32,000 bases of DNA from Pseudoalteromonas translucida KMM 520 (lineage in GTDB: Bacteria > Pseudomonadota > Gammaproteobacteria > Enterobacterales > Alteromonadaceae): assembly GCF_001465295.1 (NCBI RefSeq), contig NZ_CP011034.1:2400001-2432000 (forward strand), written 5' to 3'. Below are positions 9,601 to 17,328 of the stretch, in pieces. A program made the translations under genes and the position numbers. The notes below the pieces were generated by a model. That model had not been told where the DNA came from. It was given only the letters and a program-made list of their open reading frames with translations, and did not search any database. Positions within the stretch are counted from its first letter, which is position 1; every line of letters starts with the position of its first letter.

Positions 9601-10380
9601 TGCATCTTCCATTAACCCTGAAGCCTGAGTGTAATGATGAAACTCATCTGATTGAAAGTTGACAAGAAATAAACCATTATACTCAGTAGCTATAGCGACC
9701 CAATCATTGCTCAGTAACTTTAGATTAACTATGTAATAATTTCCTAATAGTTCTAATTCTGGGTGAGTGGTTACTATTGCTTTAATACCTTCTTCATCAG
9801 AAGAAACTTTTTTCAGTCCACTCTCCGTTGCAAATAAAATATCTCCATTAGCCATTTCTGTAATTGCAGTAACCTTCTTGTCTGTTGCTGCAGTGATTTT
9901 TTGAAAAGCCTGGTTGTCTGGTTTATATAATACAAGCCCTTCTCCTGTTGAAATCCAAAGTCGGTTTTTTGAATCAATAAAAAGAGTCAATATCCAACTT
10001 GACGGTAAACCATCATCTCTTTTAAAAATATCAATGCTGCCATCAATGTTAATTCGGTTTAACCCATCTTCAGTAGCGAGCCAGAGATTACCGGTTTTAT
10101 CTTCGGCTATTTTATTTACAAAATTATTAGAAATATGATCAGTCGAACTTGGTGAAAAATAAAAGTGCCTAAAAGAATAGCCATCGTACCTGATCGCCCC
10201 TCTAGAGGTTGAAAACCAAATAAAGCCATTTGATTGCTGAAATGTTTGCAGTATTTCTAGCGAGGGTAAGCCATCTTCAAGAGTAAGGTGTTTGAAAATG
10301 TAATCTGACGTATTTGCAGATGCAGATAGGCAATATATTGCTAAAGAAATAAATTGAAGAAATTTTAAAATAAGGTGCAT
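6622..10380 (-). CDS. Large sensory c-di-GMP turnover protein: signal peptide, periplasmic two-component-regulator-propeller repeats, Y_Y_Y domain, TM helix, GGDEF and EAL
   Basis: The N-terminal signal is MHLILKFLQFISLAIYCLSASA. There are many Reg_prop-type repeats (GNLWLATEDGLNRI, NRLWISTGEGLVLY, GIVWIGTDSGVSKL, GEIWMATTDGVFRV and others). A Y_Y_Y-like segment follows (YSYRLLGFDDRWSNV..YTFEVKG), then the TM helix YYMLASLLFLIGFIILLFIL. The GGDEF motif is intact (RLGGDEFVLLL), as are the EAL motifs (FEALIRW, DDFGSGYSSL). Confidence 0.85.
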   Translation of the reverse strand: MHLILKFLQFISLAIYCLSASANTSDYIFKHLTLEDGLPSLEILQTFQQSNGFIWFSTSRGAIRYDGYSFRHFYFSPSSTDHISNNFVNKIAEDKTGNLWLATEDGLNRINIDGSIDIFKRDDGLPSSWILTLFIDSKNRLWISTGEGLVLYKPDNQAFQKITAATDKKVTAITEMANGDILFATESGLKKVSSDEEGIKAIVTTHPELELLGNYYIVNLKLLSNDWVAIATEYNGLFLVNFQSDEFHHYTQASGLMEDAVSSIEQVSKDQLWVGHYTKGMSVLNLASGNISSVQNRQFDAYSIVSNTIRNIYQDKSGIVWIGTDSGVSKLSPQQRGVHIYRALPHGKGLSGSFVFTATPHKENNTLVSSDGGIDLINNISREITPNFLNVLNSDSVKVEDIWSFASSKSEIWMAASSGLALFDIKQQALHFFSNAKDNKFELPNQSIYTVLAEPKGGVWFTGYNNVGLSLFHPDQGVIKRFMHTNESNYTKEGNFTNETILSLRGEIWMATTDGVFRVNRESGAYQHYKLGGTVAKREYIRVSSIREGKEGVFWIATQGLGLVKIQTKADSVEVDITYFTTEQGMPSNEITALAVSEQTIWLTSNRDLIKFTIASQDVQIFKNLFNINNLKFMFASAYLSGNKLLISSSKGLVEVDTNEIALSQYSPQVEITKVLSNKESVYQSINKKSMADNYIQKLADGNIEFHFAALDYVNSENNSFSYRLLGFDDRWSNVSTTPQAFYSNLLPGYYTFEVKGTNSDNLWSNNVARLDVYIAIPYWYYMLASLLFLIGFIILLFILSRRKQLRVLEYQLRHDTLTGLPNRFDFQQKVSDLVSLPKCDFALVVLDLDNLKDANDIYGHKVGDEYIKQASKRMQESVGEQGYLARLGGDEFVLLLNLNQHDKDYFKVIGLITSNLCKPYQFDDVTVSGSASLGVAIYPKDGNNEHELFIHADSAMYAAKKAGRNQAYFFNSLLKNKLAETIKIKTNLKDALRNQEFELYYQPKLNPINRCIEGFEALIRWIHPVEGLIPPDKFIDEAENNGSIAQIGKWVIETACEQAADLHARGLLKGNVSVNVSPKQLHTSDIVNIVRNALKSSSLPAEKLELEITESSLMDESDKTYTLLTNLKNIGVSIALDDFGSGYSSLSYLTKYPISTLKIDRSIINLASEQKASLLVLRNIYSLAHSMGMKVVTEGVETEEQASLLLQYKDDLVQGFLYSRPVPFADAKRLLIQNAAVTDFPSEPSGSAENS

Positions 10381-10853
10381 CCTGTACCTCTACATTGAAT
10401 TAATCTAAGTTACCCAGTATTATTTTTATCTTTAATTTGCAGTAGATTAAGCACTCTTTGCTAACAAAACATATACAATTACTTAATGTACTACTTAAAA
10501 TACACAATGTCACTGTTCGTTATAACAACGACTTTCAAGATAAAAGTGTATGAAATTTGAGATACTGAGAACTATAGAAAAAAATTTAACCTATGGTTTG
10601 TAGTAAAAAAGCCGAATACCCAGATAACACTAATTGTTCTTAATAGTTAACAATAAAATTTAAAAACCAACATAGGGAAACAGGAGGAGTTGACACATTA
10701 ATTCCATTTAAATCAAAATGTGAATGAATTTTTTTGTATCATTAGTGTAATTTACAGGGTTACTAAAATAAAAAGCAATTATCTTAATACCATTTAAAAA
10801 TAATTTTATACAGTCTAGCTACTATTTTACGAACTTACTTAGAAATGCTCCAT

Positions 10854-10894
10854 AAAAAAACCCGCAACTTGATTACTCAAGTTGCGGGTTTTTT
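10854..10894. terminator. Bidirectional rho-independent terminator downstream of ssrA
   Basis: An A7 run, an 11-bp stem CCCGCAACTTG / CAAGTTGCGGG with a 6-nt loop, then a T6 run. It lies 36 nt past the tmRNA 3' end on the minus strand. Confidence 0.8.
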
Positions 10895-10929
10895 AGGGTT
10901 TTTAGACAAACGAATCTAAAAACCGATAT

Positions 10930-11286
10930 TGGTGGAGCTGGGGGGATTTGAACCCCCGTCCGAAAAGCCTCGACCGTCGGTACTACATGCTTAGTATTGT
11001 CATTTAATTAACCTTTAAGTCCCGGACAAACACGGTAAATAAAGGCGAGGCCGCTTAGTTTTAACGCTTCAACCCCGGCCAGGGTTTCCGTCGCGATCAG
11101 GTGTTAGGGTGACACTCCAAAATCTAGTCCACAAGAATACATAGAAGGAGCGCTAGCTGGCCTAAGCCGCTAGAGAGTAGTTATCGTCGTTTGCGATTAC
11201 TTTAGGTTGCGGCTGTTTAACGAGGCAAACCGCACCTCGACATGCACCTTGGGCTTCTTGAATTCCGTCGAATCCTAATCAGCCCC
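10930..11286 (-). ncRNA. ssrA: tmRNA (SsrA); tag reading frame 11194..11162 encodes ANDDNYSLAA-stop
   Basis: The minus strand begins GGGGCTGATTAGGATTCGACGG and ends ..GGACGGGGGTTCAAATCCCCCCAGCTCCACCA, the tRNA-like acceptor and T-arm. The internal sequence GCA AAC GAC GAT AAC TAC TCT CTA GCG GCT TAG gives a canonical proteolysis tag ending in LAA. Confidence 0.95.
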
Positions 11287-11554
11287 TGAATTAGTAACTC
11301 ATTCAGAGCGTACGGCTAGTATAACCGAGTAACATGCTGATACTCAAGGGCCTTCGACGCTTTATTTTATTTACTAGGTACTGCTGTGCATTAAACAGGC
11401 AAAACCATGCAATCAACTCAAACTGAGCGTAACATTTACTTAACACCTTCTCTACTTTGTGCTCAAATAGGGGATTAAATTTATCTAATAACAAATTTTA
11501 ATCTTTATATTAAAAATAAAATAATAACAGGCATATTACGTAGGGAATTTATAA

Positions 11555-13180
11555 ATGTCGGTTTTTTCATTTAATCAACAAACAGGGTACTTGTCTTTAT
11601 TAAAGCATCCGATAGACAGTGGTTTTATAGCAACAACAACACAGTTAATAACATTGATAGAGCAATCTCAGTATTGCGACTTTGAGATTATAGCTGTCAA
11701 TATTAGTAAGTTATTTGCGCAAAGTAAAAATTATCAAAGCGAATCGTTAATTGTTGCACACGCAATTAATGCCGCTATTACTATTAATATTGATGACAAA
11801 AATATGGTAGCCGAGGCAACGATTAAAACGGCGAAAGGTGGTGTATTGCTATCAATGCAAGACGCACAAAAAGCACTTTTTGATGCAGGTATAAGTAAGG
11901 GCATAAGCCCACAAGCCTTAGATAACTTTTTAGGGCAACAATTTGAGCACCCTGCAGGAAGCGAATATTCTGCAATTATAGCGCATGGCCGTAACCCTAA
12001 AAAAGGCCTTGACGCCAAATTTGTACGTTTGTGTTCAACCGCACAAGATCGTGTACTTAGCCCGCAAGCTAAGGAAGGCGGTAAAGTTGATATGAAAAAT
12101 TTGGGGGCAATTATTACGGTAAAACCAGGCACGCCACTTATGCAGCGAGTTGCGGCTACTTTAGGTGAAGATGGTTATACTGTATTTGGCGATATTATTT
12201 TGGCAAAGCCCGGCAAAGAGCATCAATTGCAGCCTTTTGAGGGAACCAAAATTGATCCTAATAACCCAAATATATTAATAGCTGATTGCAAAGGCGTACC
12301 AGTTGCCCTACCCCGCGGAATGCGCGTGGATGACGTGTTATGTTTTGATAACGTAGATGTAAGTACCGGCCATATTGATTTTACCGGTAGCGTAATTATT
12401 AGTGGTGATATTAAAGACGGTATGCATGTTAAAGCGAATGGCGACATTACTGTTTTAGGCTTTGTAGAATCAGGAACAATACACAGTAAAGGTGCAGTAA
12501 CCATTATGCTAGGTGCCATTGGCCGAAAGCGCGAAGTTGATGAAGCATTTAGTTGCCACATAATTGCTCAGCGCACTATTTGTATAGGATACGCCCAGTA
12601 TTGCCATATAGAAACAGCACAAGACCTCTTTATTGAACGCCAGGCTTTACATTGTGATTTACGCGCTAAGCGATTAATTAGAGTGGGAAAAGCGAACAAT
12701 CCGCGCGGCAAAGTAATTGGCGGTAATATATTAGATGCACTGCGCCTTGAAACTGGTGAGCTGGGTGCCCCTGCGGGAACTAAAACCAAGGTGTTTTTAG
12801 CACAACATTGGTTTGAGCTGAGAGAAAAGCAAACTGAAATTTTTGACTTTGAAAAGCTGCTTGCTGATAAATCTGCTGTGCTAAAGAATGCGCGAATTAA
12901 AGCCAACAAAATCCCAACACCGGCGCAACGTCAATTATTTTTAGATAAAATTCAGCTTAATGAGCAGCATATACAAACACGTACTGCTCAGTTACAGCGC
13001 CAAAAACAGCTTATTAAGCATAAAATAATGCAACTACTGGCCACCAGCTACTTAAAAGTTAACGATTTAATGCATCCGGGTGTGGAGCTTAAAATAGCGA
13101 AAGACACTAAGCAGTTTTCGCGTATTTATCCGCCCCATTTAGTCAAACTAAGCGAAGGTAAAATTACTCAGGCGTTTTAG
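11555..13180 (+). CDS. DUF342 / FapA (flagellar assembly protein A)-family protein
   Basis: 541 aa. The central beta-solenoid-like region carries the repetitive G-x-[IV] pattern characteristic of DUF342 ([44 protein letters not shown]). The C-terminus is a coiled-coil-like segment rich in Q, K and L. Confidence 0.65.
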   Translation: MSVFSFNQQTGYLSLLKHPIDSGFIATTTQLITLIEQSQYCDFEIIAVNISKLFAQSKNYQSESLIVAHAINAAITINIDDKNMVAEATIKTAKGGVLLSMQDAQKALFDAGISKGISPQALDNFLGQQFEHPAGSEYSAIIAHGRNPKKGLDAKFVRLCSTAQDRVLSPQAKEGGKVDMKNLGAIITVKPGTPLMQRVAATLGEDGYTVFGDIILAKPGKEHQLQPFEGTKIDPNNPNILIADCKGVPVALPRGMRVDDVLCFDNVDVSTGHIDFTGSVIISGDIKDGMHVKANGDITVLGFVESGTIHSKGAVTIMLGAIGRKREVDEAFSCHIIAQRTICIGYAQYCHIETAQDLFIERQALHCDLRAKRLIRVGKANNPRGKVIGGNILDALRLETGELGAPAGTKTKVFLAQHWFELREKQTEIFDFEKLLADKSAVLKNARIKANKIPTPAQRQLFLDKIQLNEQHIQTRTAQLQRQKQLIKHKIMQLLATSYLKVNDLMHPGVELKIAKDTKQFSRIYPPHLVKLSEGKITQAF

Positions 13181-13862
13181 CATCATCGCTGTTAATATCA
13201 TCTACTTGTAACTCAGTGTCGGTGTTTTCTAATGGCGCTAGTGGCCAACCGCCTAGTTGTTGCCAGCGATTCACTATTAAACAATAAAGCTCAGCGGTAC
13301 GCTCTGTATCGTAAAGTGCTGAGTGTGCTTGGCTATTATCAAATTCAATACCCGCGGCTCTACATGCTTTGGCAAGTACAGTTTGCCCTAAAGCAAGCCC
13401 AGCTAACGATGTAGTATCAAAACTTACAAATGGATGGAACGGCGTGCGCTTTATATTATTGCGCTCTATTGCTACATTTAAAAAACCATGATCGAATGCT
13501 GCATTATGCGCAACCACAACTGAACGTTGGCAGCCTGCTGCTTTTTGCGCTTTGCGCACAACTTTGCAAATTTCTTTAATTGCATGCTCTTCAGGCACAG
13601 CACCGCGCAGTGCTGAAAATGGATCAATACCATTAAACTCAATGGCCGCTTGTTCAATGTTAGCGTCTGCAAACGGTTCTACATGAAAGTGCACCGTGTG
13701 ATCTATGCTAAGCAATCCTTCGTCATCCATTTTTAAAACAGATACTGCAATTTCTAATAAAGCGTCGGTCTCTTTATTAAACCCGCCAGTTTCAACATCA
13801 ATTACCACTGGAAAAAAGCCACGAAAGCGTTTTGCGAAAAGTGTTTGCTCAGTATTTGCCAT
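13164..13862 (-). CDS. rnt: Ribonuclease T (DEDDh 3'-5' exoribonuclease)
   Basis: The N-terminus [29 protein letters not shown] is near-identical to E. coli RNase T ([25 protein letters not shown]). HNAAFD and HSALYD motifs are present. The protein has an acidic C-terminal extension. Confidence 0.9.
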   Translation of the reverse strand: MANTEQTLFAKRFRGFFPVVIDVETGGFNKETDALLEIAVSVLKMDDEGLLSIDHTVHFHVEPFADANIEQAAIEFNGIDPFSALRGAVPEEHAIKEICKVVRKAQKAAGCQRSVVVAHNAAFDHGFLNVAIERNNIKRTPFHPFVSFDTTSLAGLALGQTVLAKACRAAGIEFDNSQAHSALYDTERTAELYCLIVNRWQQLGGWPLAPLENTDTELQVDDINSDDAKTPE

Positions 13863-14069
13863 AGTCTTCTTGGTTTGTAGGTGTAAGCCATCTATTATGT
13901 CAAAATTGAGGGCCTTTCGGCTAGGGGATTTATTGATTAATTATAGCTAAAACTATAGGCATGCAATTTGCTTTACAGTTAGAGCTTACTCAGTATTGTT
14001 TACTATTAAGTGCTATTACACGGTATTTTGCCAAATTATTGGCAATACTGATTTACTGGAGAACCCCCA

Positions 14070-14948
14070 ATGAAGTTTAAGTTGTTATTTATTAGCCTGG
14101 GTATTACCAGCGCACTTTGCAGTTATAGCAGCTATGGTGCTATGCGCCAATACATTGCCGATCAAGACAACTCTAACTGGCAAGTAGTTAAAACCACTCG
14201 TTTACAATGCCAGTTAAATCATGAAGTTCCATATTATGGCGAAGCCATATTTAATGTTGTTGCAAGTAAAAACAAAGACCTTACTTTTAATTTAGATATG
14301 GTTGTTCGCCCTGATAATTACGCTATTGCGGGCTTAAAAGCAGTGCCACCAGCATGGCGAGCCGGTACGCCAGTTCGCGATATAGCTGACATGAAGTTGC
14401 TTAAAAAGTTTGACGGCGAGCTGGGTAATAAAACCGCGTGGGAAATGCTCACCGAACTTGAAAAAGGTAATCAGCCTACTTTTTATTATCAAGACTGGCA
14501 AAATAGTGCCGATAAAATTGCCGTAGGCATGTCGGGGGTTAATTTTAAACAAGCCTATTGGGCCTTTTTACAATGCCGCGATGAATTACTGCCATATAGC
14601 TTTGAAGATATTTCGTTTACGGTAATGAACTATCAGTCTAACAGCAGTAAATTAACTAAATCTTCGCAGCAACGTTTAGATAAAATTGCTGAATACTTAA
14701 AAAATGATCCAAGTATTGAGTCAATTAATATAGCGTCTTATACCGATAGCTATGGCGGCCGATGGAATAACCTAGACCTTTCTAAAACACGCGCTAAAGC
14801 TATTAAAGATTATATGATTAGTTTAGGTGTTGATGAAACTAAAGTGCATACCGATGGGTTAGGCGAAAAACGCTTTGTAGACACTAACGATACTATTTTA
14901 GGACGCAACAAAAACCGTAGATTAGTAATTCAAATAGCGAAAATATGA
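14070..14948 (+). CDS. motY: Sodium-type polar flagellar motor T-ring protein MotY (OmpA-like C-terminal domain)
   Basis: 292 aa with a signal peptide. It is collinear with my recollection of Vibrio MotY (..PPAWRAG.., ..FDGELGNKTAWEMLTELEKGNQPTFYYQDWQ.., YSFEDISFTVMNYQ.., ..KNRRLVIQI). The C-terminus is an OmpA-type peptidoglycan-binding module. Confidence 0.85.
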   Translation: MKFKLLFISLGITSALCSYSSYGAMRQYIADQDNSNWQVVKTTRLQCQLNHEVPYYGEAIFNVVASKNKDLTFNLDMVVRPDNYAIAGLKAVPPAWRAGTPVRDIADMKLLKKFDGELGNKTAWEMLTELEKGNQPTFYYQDWQNSADKIAVGMSGVNFKQAYWAFLQCRDELLPYSFEDISFTVMNYQSNSSKLTKSSQQRLDKIAEYLKNDPSIESINIASYTDSYGGRWNNLDLSKTRAKAIKDYMISLGVDETKVHTDGLGEKRFVDTNDTILGRNKNRRLVIQIAKI

Positions 14949-14969
14949 TGCTTTAGCATCATATTTTTT
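14943..14969 (+). terminator. Rho-independent terminator of motY (hairpin spans both convergent stop codons)
   Basis: ATATGATGC-TT-region-GCATCATAT palindrome followed by a T6 run at 14965..14970. Confidence 0.6.
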
Positions 14970-15849
14970 GCTTACTTCGATTAACTATTTGCTCGCCAAA
15001 CTGAAACACACCTAAGCTTAGTAAAATAATAACCGCACCACTAATAAGCTCCTTACTAAGTGGTTCATTATTAAGCCATGCGCCAAGCCCTAATGCAAAA
15101 CTTGGGGTAATAAGCGTGGTAAGTGCAACAGTACTGGCATTTAAGTTTTGTAATACATGAAAATACGCCAGCGCTCCTAACAATGAGCCAAATACTCCTA
15201 AATAACCAATAGCCCATATTGATTTAGCACTCCAATTTTGTATATTTAATTCACCGTCTAGCAGCAACCAAGCAATAAAAAATAAAGGTGTTACAAACAC
15301 CAGAGCACCAAATGTAGTTGCCATAGGATGAATTGCAATTTTAACCCGCTTGATCATCACTCCACTTAAACTAAAAAAACACACCGCTATAAACACATAT
15401 AACAAACCAAGCCCCTGAGTTTGCGAGTGCTTAATTTGGTTATAGCTGACAAAATATAATCCGATTAGGGCACATGCAAGTGCGATTAGCTTAATTGCAC
15501 TAAACTTAGGCTCGTTAAGGAGTTGCTGGGCAAGTAAGCCCGATAAAATAGGCGCTAAGCCAAACATTAATGAAATAATGCCTGAGGGCACTGTTTTAGC
15601 CGCCATATAACTAAGTAACATGCCACCAAAAATACCTATGCTAGAGTAAAAATAAAGTAAGCAGGCATTTTTATTCCACGGCACCCTAATACGCGTAATA
15701 GCTATAATTACAGCACCTAAAGTAAGCCCTACCAACATACGTAATAAAACCGCTAATGTTGGCGATACTGTATCGCTGCTCCACACTATACCTAATGGTG
15801 TGGTTGACCATATAAGAACCATTATAAAGTACGATACTTTAATTGGCAC
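14959..15849 (-). CDS. DMT-superfamily (EamA-like) transporter
   Basis: 296 aa with about 10 TM helices arranged as two repeated 5-TM halves, the typical EamA/RhaT layout. Confidence 0.7.
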   Translation of the reverse strand: MPIKVSYFIMVLIWSTTPLGIVWSSDTVSPTLAVLLRMLVGLTLGAVIIAITRIRVPWNKNACLLYFYSSIGIFGGMLLSYMAAKTVPSGIISLMFGLAPILSGLLAQQLLNEPKFSAIKLIALACALIGLYFVSYNQIKHSQTQGLGLLYVFIAVCFFSLSGVMIKRVKIAIHPMATTFGALVFVTPLFFIAWLLLDGELNIQNWSAKSIWAIGYLGVFGSLLGALAYFHVLQNLNASTVALTTLITPSFALGLGAWLNNEPLSKELISGAVIILLSLGVFQFGEQIVNRSKQKI

Positions 15850-15960
15850 ATGCCGCTCCTTAGCTATTAATAATAAAACTCAAAAAACTTCAAATAAACT
15901 ATACGCTTAAAGCACTTTTTTAATAGTTAATATTAATAAAAGATGCATTTAAATTACAGT

Positions 15961-15978
15961 TGTAAATAGATGATTACA
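15961..15978. promoter_or_regulatory. TyrR-box-like palindrome upstream of the aromatic amino acid permease gene
   Basis: TGTAAA-TAGATG-ATTACA against the consensus TGTAAA-N6-TTTACA, matching 11 of 12 specified positions. It lies about 92-109 nt upstream of the GTG start at 16070. Confidence 0.4.
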
Positions 15979-16069
15979 CTTTATTTTATTTCTTTTATAA
16001 CAAAACTATTTAAGTTTTGGTTAACTAGTTATATCTTGCGTACCTCTCAAGATTGATCAGGATCATTAA

Positions 16070-17272
16070 GTGCTTAAAAATAAAACAATAGGTAGCATGT
16101 TAATTGTTGCAGGTACTACCATAGGTGCAGGTATGTTGGCCTTACCAATAGCGTCAGCCGGACTAGGGTTTAGCACTGCGCTGACATTAATTGTCGGTTG
16201 TTGGTTATTAATGACCTACACTGCACTGCTAATGCTTGAGCTCCATCAGTATGCTCCTCGCGATGCGACGCTAAATACCTTAGCTAAACTTTGGCTTGGC
16301 AAACGTGGGCAATATGTAGCTAACTTTTCGGTGATATTTTTATTTTACGCTTTGTGTGCAGCTTATATTGCTGGTGGTGGCGCACAACTTCAAGATCGTA
16401 TAAACACGGGGTTTAACGTGAGTATTGCACCGCAACTGGCCTCTGTTTTACTGGCAGTTTTAATTGCTGGTGTGGTAACTCTGGGTACCAGTAAGGTCGA
16501 TAAATTTAATAGAGTGCTGTTTTCAATAAAAATAGTGGTACTTGCCAGCCTGTTTTATATGTTAACGCCTTATGTACATGGCCAACATTTACTTGAAATG
16601 CCAGTAGAGCAAGGCTTAATACTCTCGGCTATTCCGGTGGTATTTACCTCATTTGGTTTTCATGGCTCTATTCCTTCAATTGTTAAATACGTAGGATTAG
16701 AAGTAAAAACACTGCGTAAAGTAATGATAGCGGGTGCAACGCTACCGTTAGGTATTTATATTTTTTGGCAAATATTAAGCCAGGGTATTATGAGTCAAAA
16801 TGATTTGCTCAATAGCCAAGGTTTAAGTGGCTTTGTACAAAGCATGGCGAGCATAGCGCACAACCCAAACGTTGCTACTGCCGTTAAGTTATTTGCTGAT
16901 CTTGCATTGGCCACTTCATTTTTAGGTGTAAGTTTAGGCTTGTTTGACTTTTTTGCCGACACTTTCAAAAAAGCAGATACAAAAGCGGATCGAATTAAAA
17001 CGGCATTAATTACCTTTATACCTCCTCTTGGTTTTGCCATATTTTATCCGCAAGGGTTTATTATGGCGCTTGGCTACGCAGCGATTGCCTTGGTTATTTT
17101 GGCCGTTTTTTTACCTGTAGCTATGGTTTATAAGCAACGTAAAAGTACACAAAACACAGGTTACAAAGTACGCAGCGGTAATATTGGCTTAGCCATTGCG
17201 GCATTATGCGGTTTAACTATTATTAGTGCCCAAGGCCTACAAATGGCCGGATTAATACCCCCAATTGGATAA
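16070..17272 (+). CDS. tyrP: Aromatic amino acid:H+ symporter of the HAAAP family (TyrP/Mtr/TnaB-like)
   Basis: 400 aa with 11 predicted TM segments. The N-terminus KTIGSMLIVAGTTIGAGMLALPIASAG is typical of TyrP/Mtr. The start is GTG with AGGA 7 nt upstream. A TyrR-like box lies upstream. Confidence 0.7.
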   Translation: MLKNKTIGSMLIVAGTTIGAGMLALPIASAGLGFSTALTLIVGCWLLMTYTALLMLELHQYAPRDATLNTLAKLWLGKRGQYVANFSVIFLFYALCAAYIAGGGAQLQDRINTGFNVSIAPQLASVLLAVLIAGVVTLGTSKVDKFNRVLFSIKIVVLASLFYMLTPYVHGQHLLEMPVEQGLILSAIPVVFTSFGFHGSIPSIVKYVGLEVKTLRKVMIAGATLPLGIYIFWQILSQGIMSQNDLLNSQGLSGFVQSMASIAHNPNVATAVKLFADLALATSFLGVSLGLFDFFADTFKKADTKADRIKTALITFIPPLGFAIFYPQGFIMALGYAAIALVILAVFLPVAMVYKQRKSTQNTGYKVRSGNIGLAIAALCGLTIISAQGLQMAGLIPPIG

Positions 17273-17284
17273 AGCTTAAATTGT

Positions 17285-17323
17285 AATAGCCCCGATAAAA
17301 ACAGACTCGGGGCTATTCGTTTT
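17285..17323. terminator. 11-bp hairpin between convergent tyrP-like and ggt genes
   Basis: AATAGCCCCGA - 11-nt loop - TCGGGGCTATT, followed by CGTTTT. Confidence 0.5.
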
Positions 17324-17328
17324 ACAGT

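Noticed and set aside
5145-10929. An ssrA-targeted genomic island covering the IS and the GGDEF-EAL gene.
   Set aside because: There is no integrase, and I could find no direct repeat of the ssrA 3' end in the window. The restored hairpin shows that the IS landed in a pre-existing gltS/GGDEF-EAL intergenic region. Only the weaker statement, atypical composition next to an integration hotspot, is kept as a finding.
11303-11494. A 63-aa ORF next to ssrA.
   Set aside because: It lies in the ssrA promoter region, has no RBS and no recognisable features, and is likely non-coding.
11734-12909. Three long antisense ORFs (132, 112 and 113 aa) inside the DUF342 gene.
   Set aside because: They lie entirely within a well-supported sense CDS. 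Their low-complexity, Ser/Pro/Cys/Ala-rich translations are typical of shadow ORFs, and they have no RBS.
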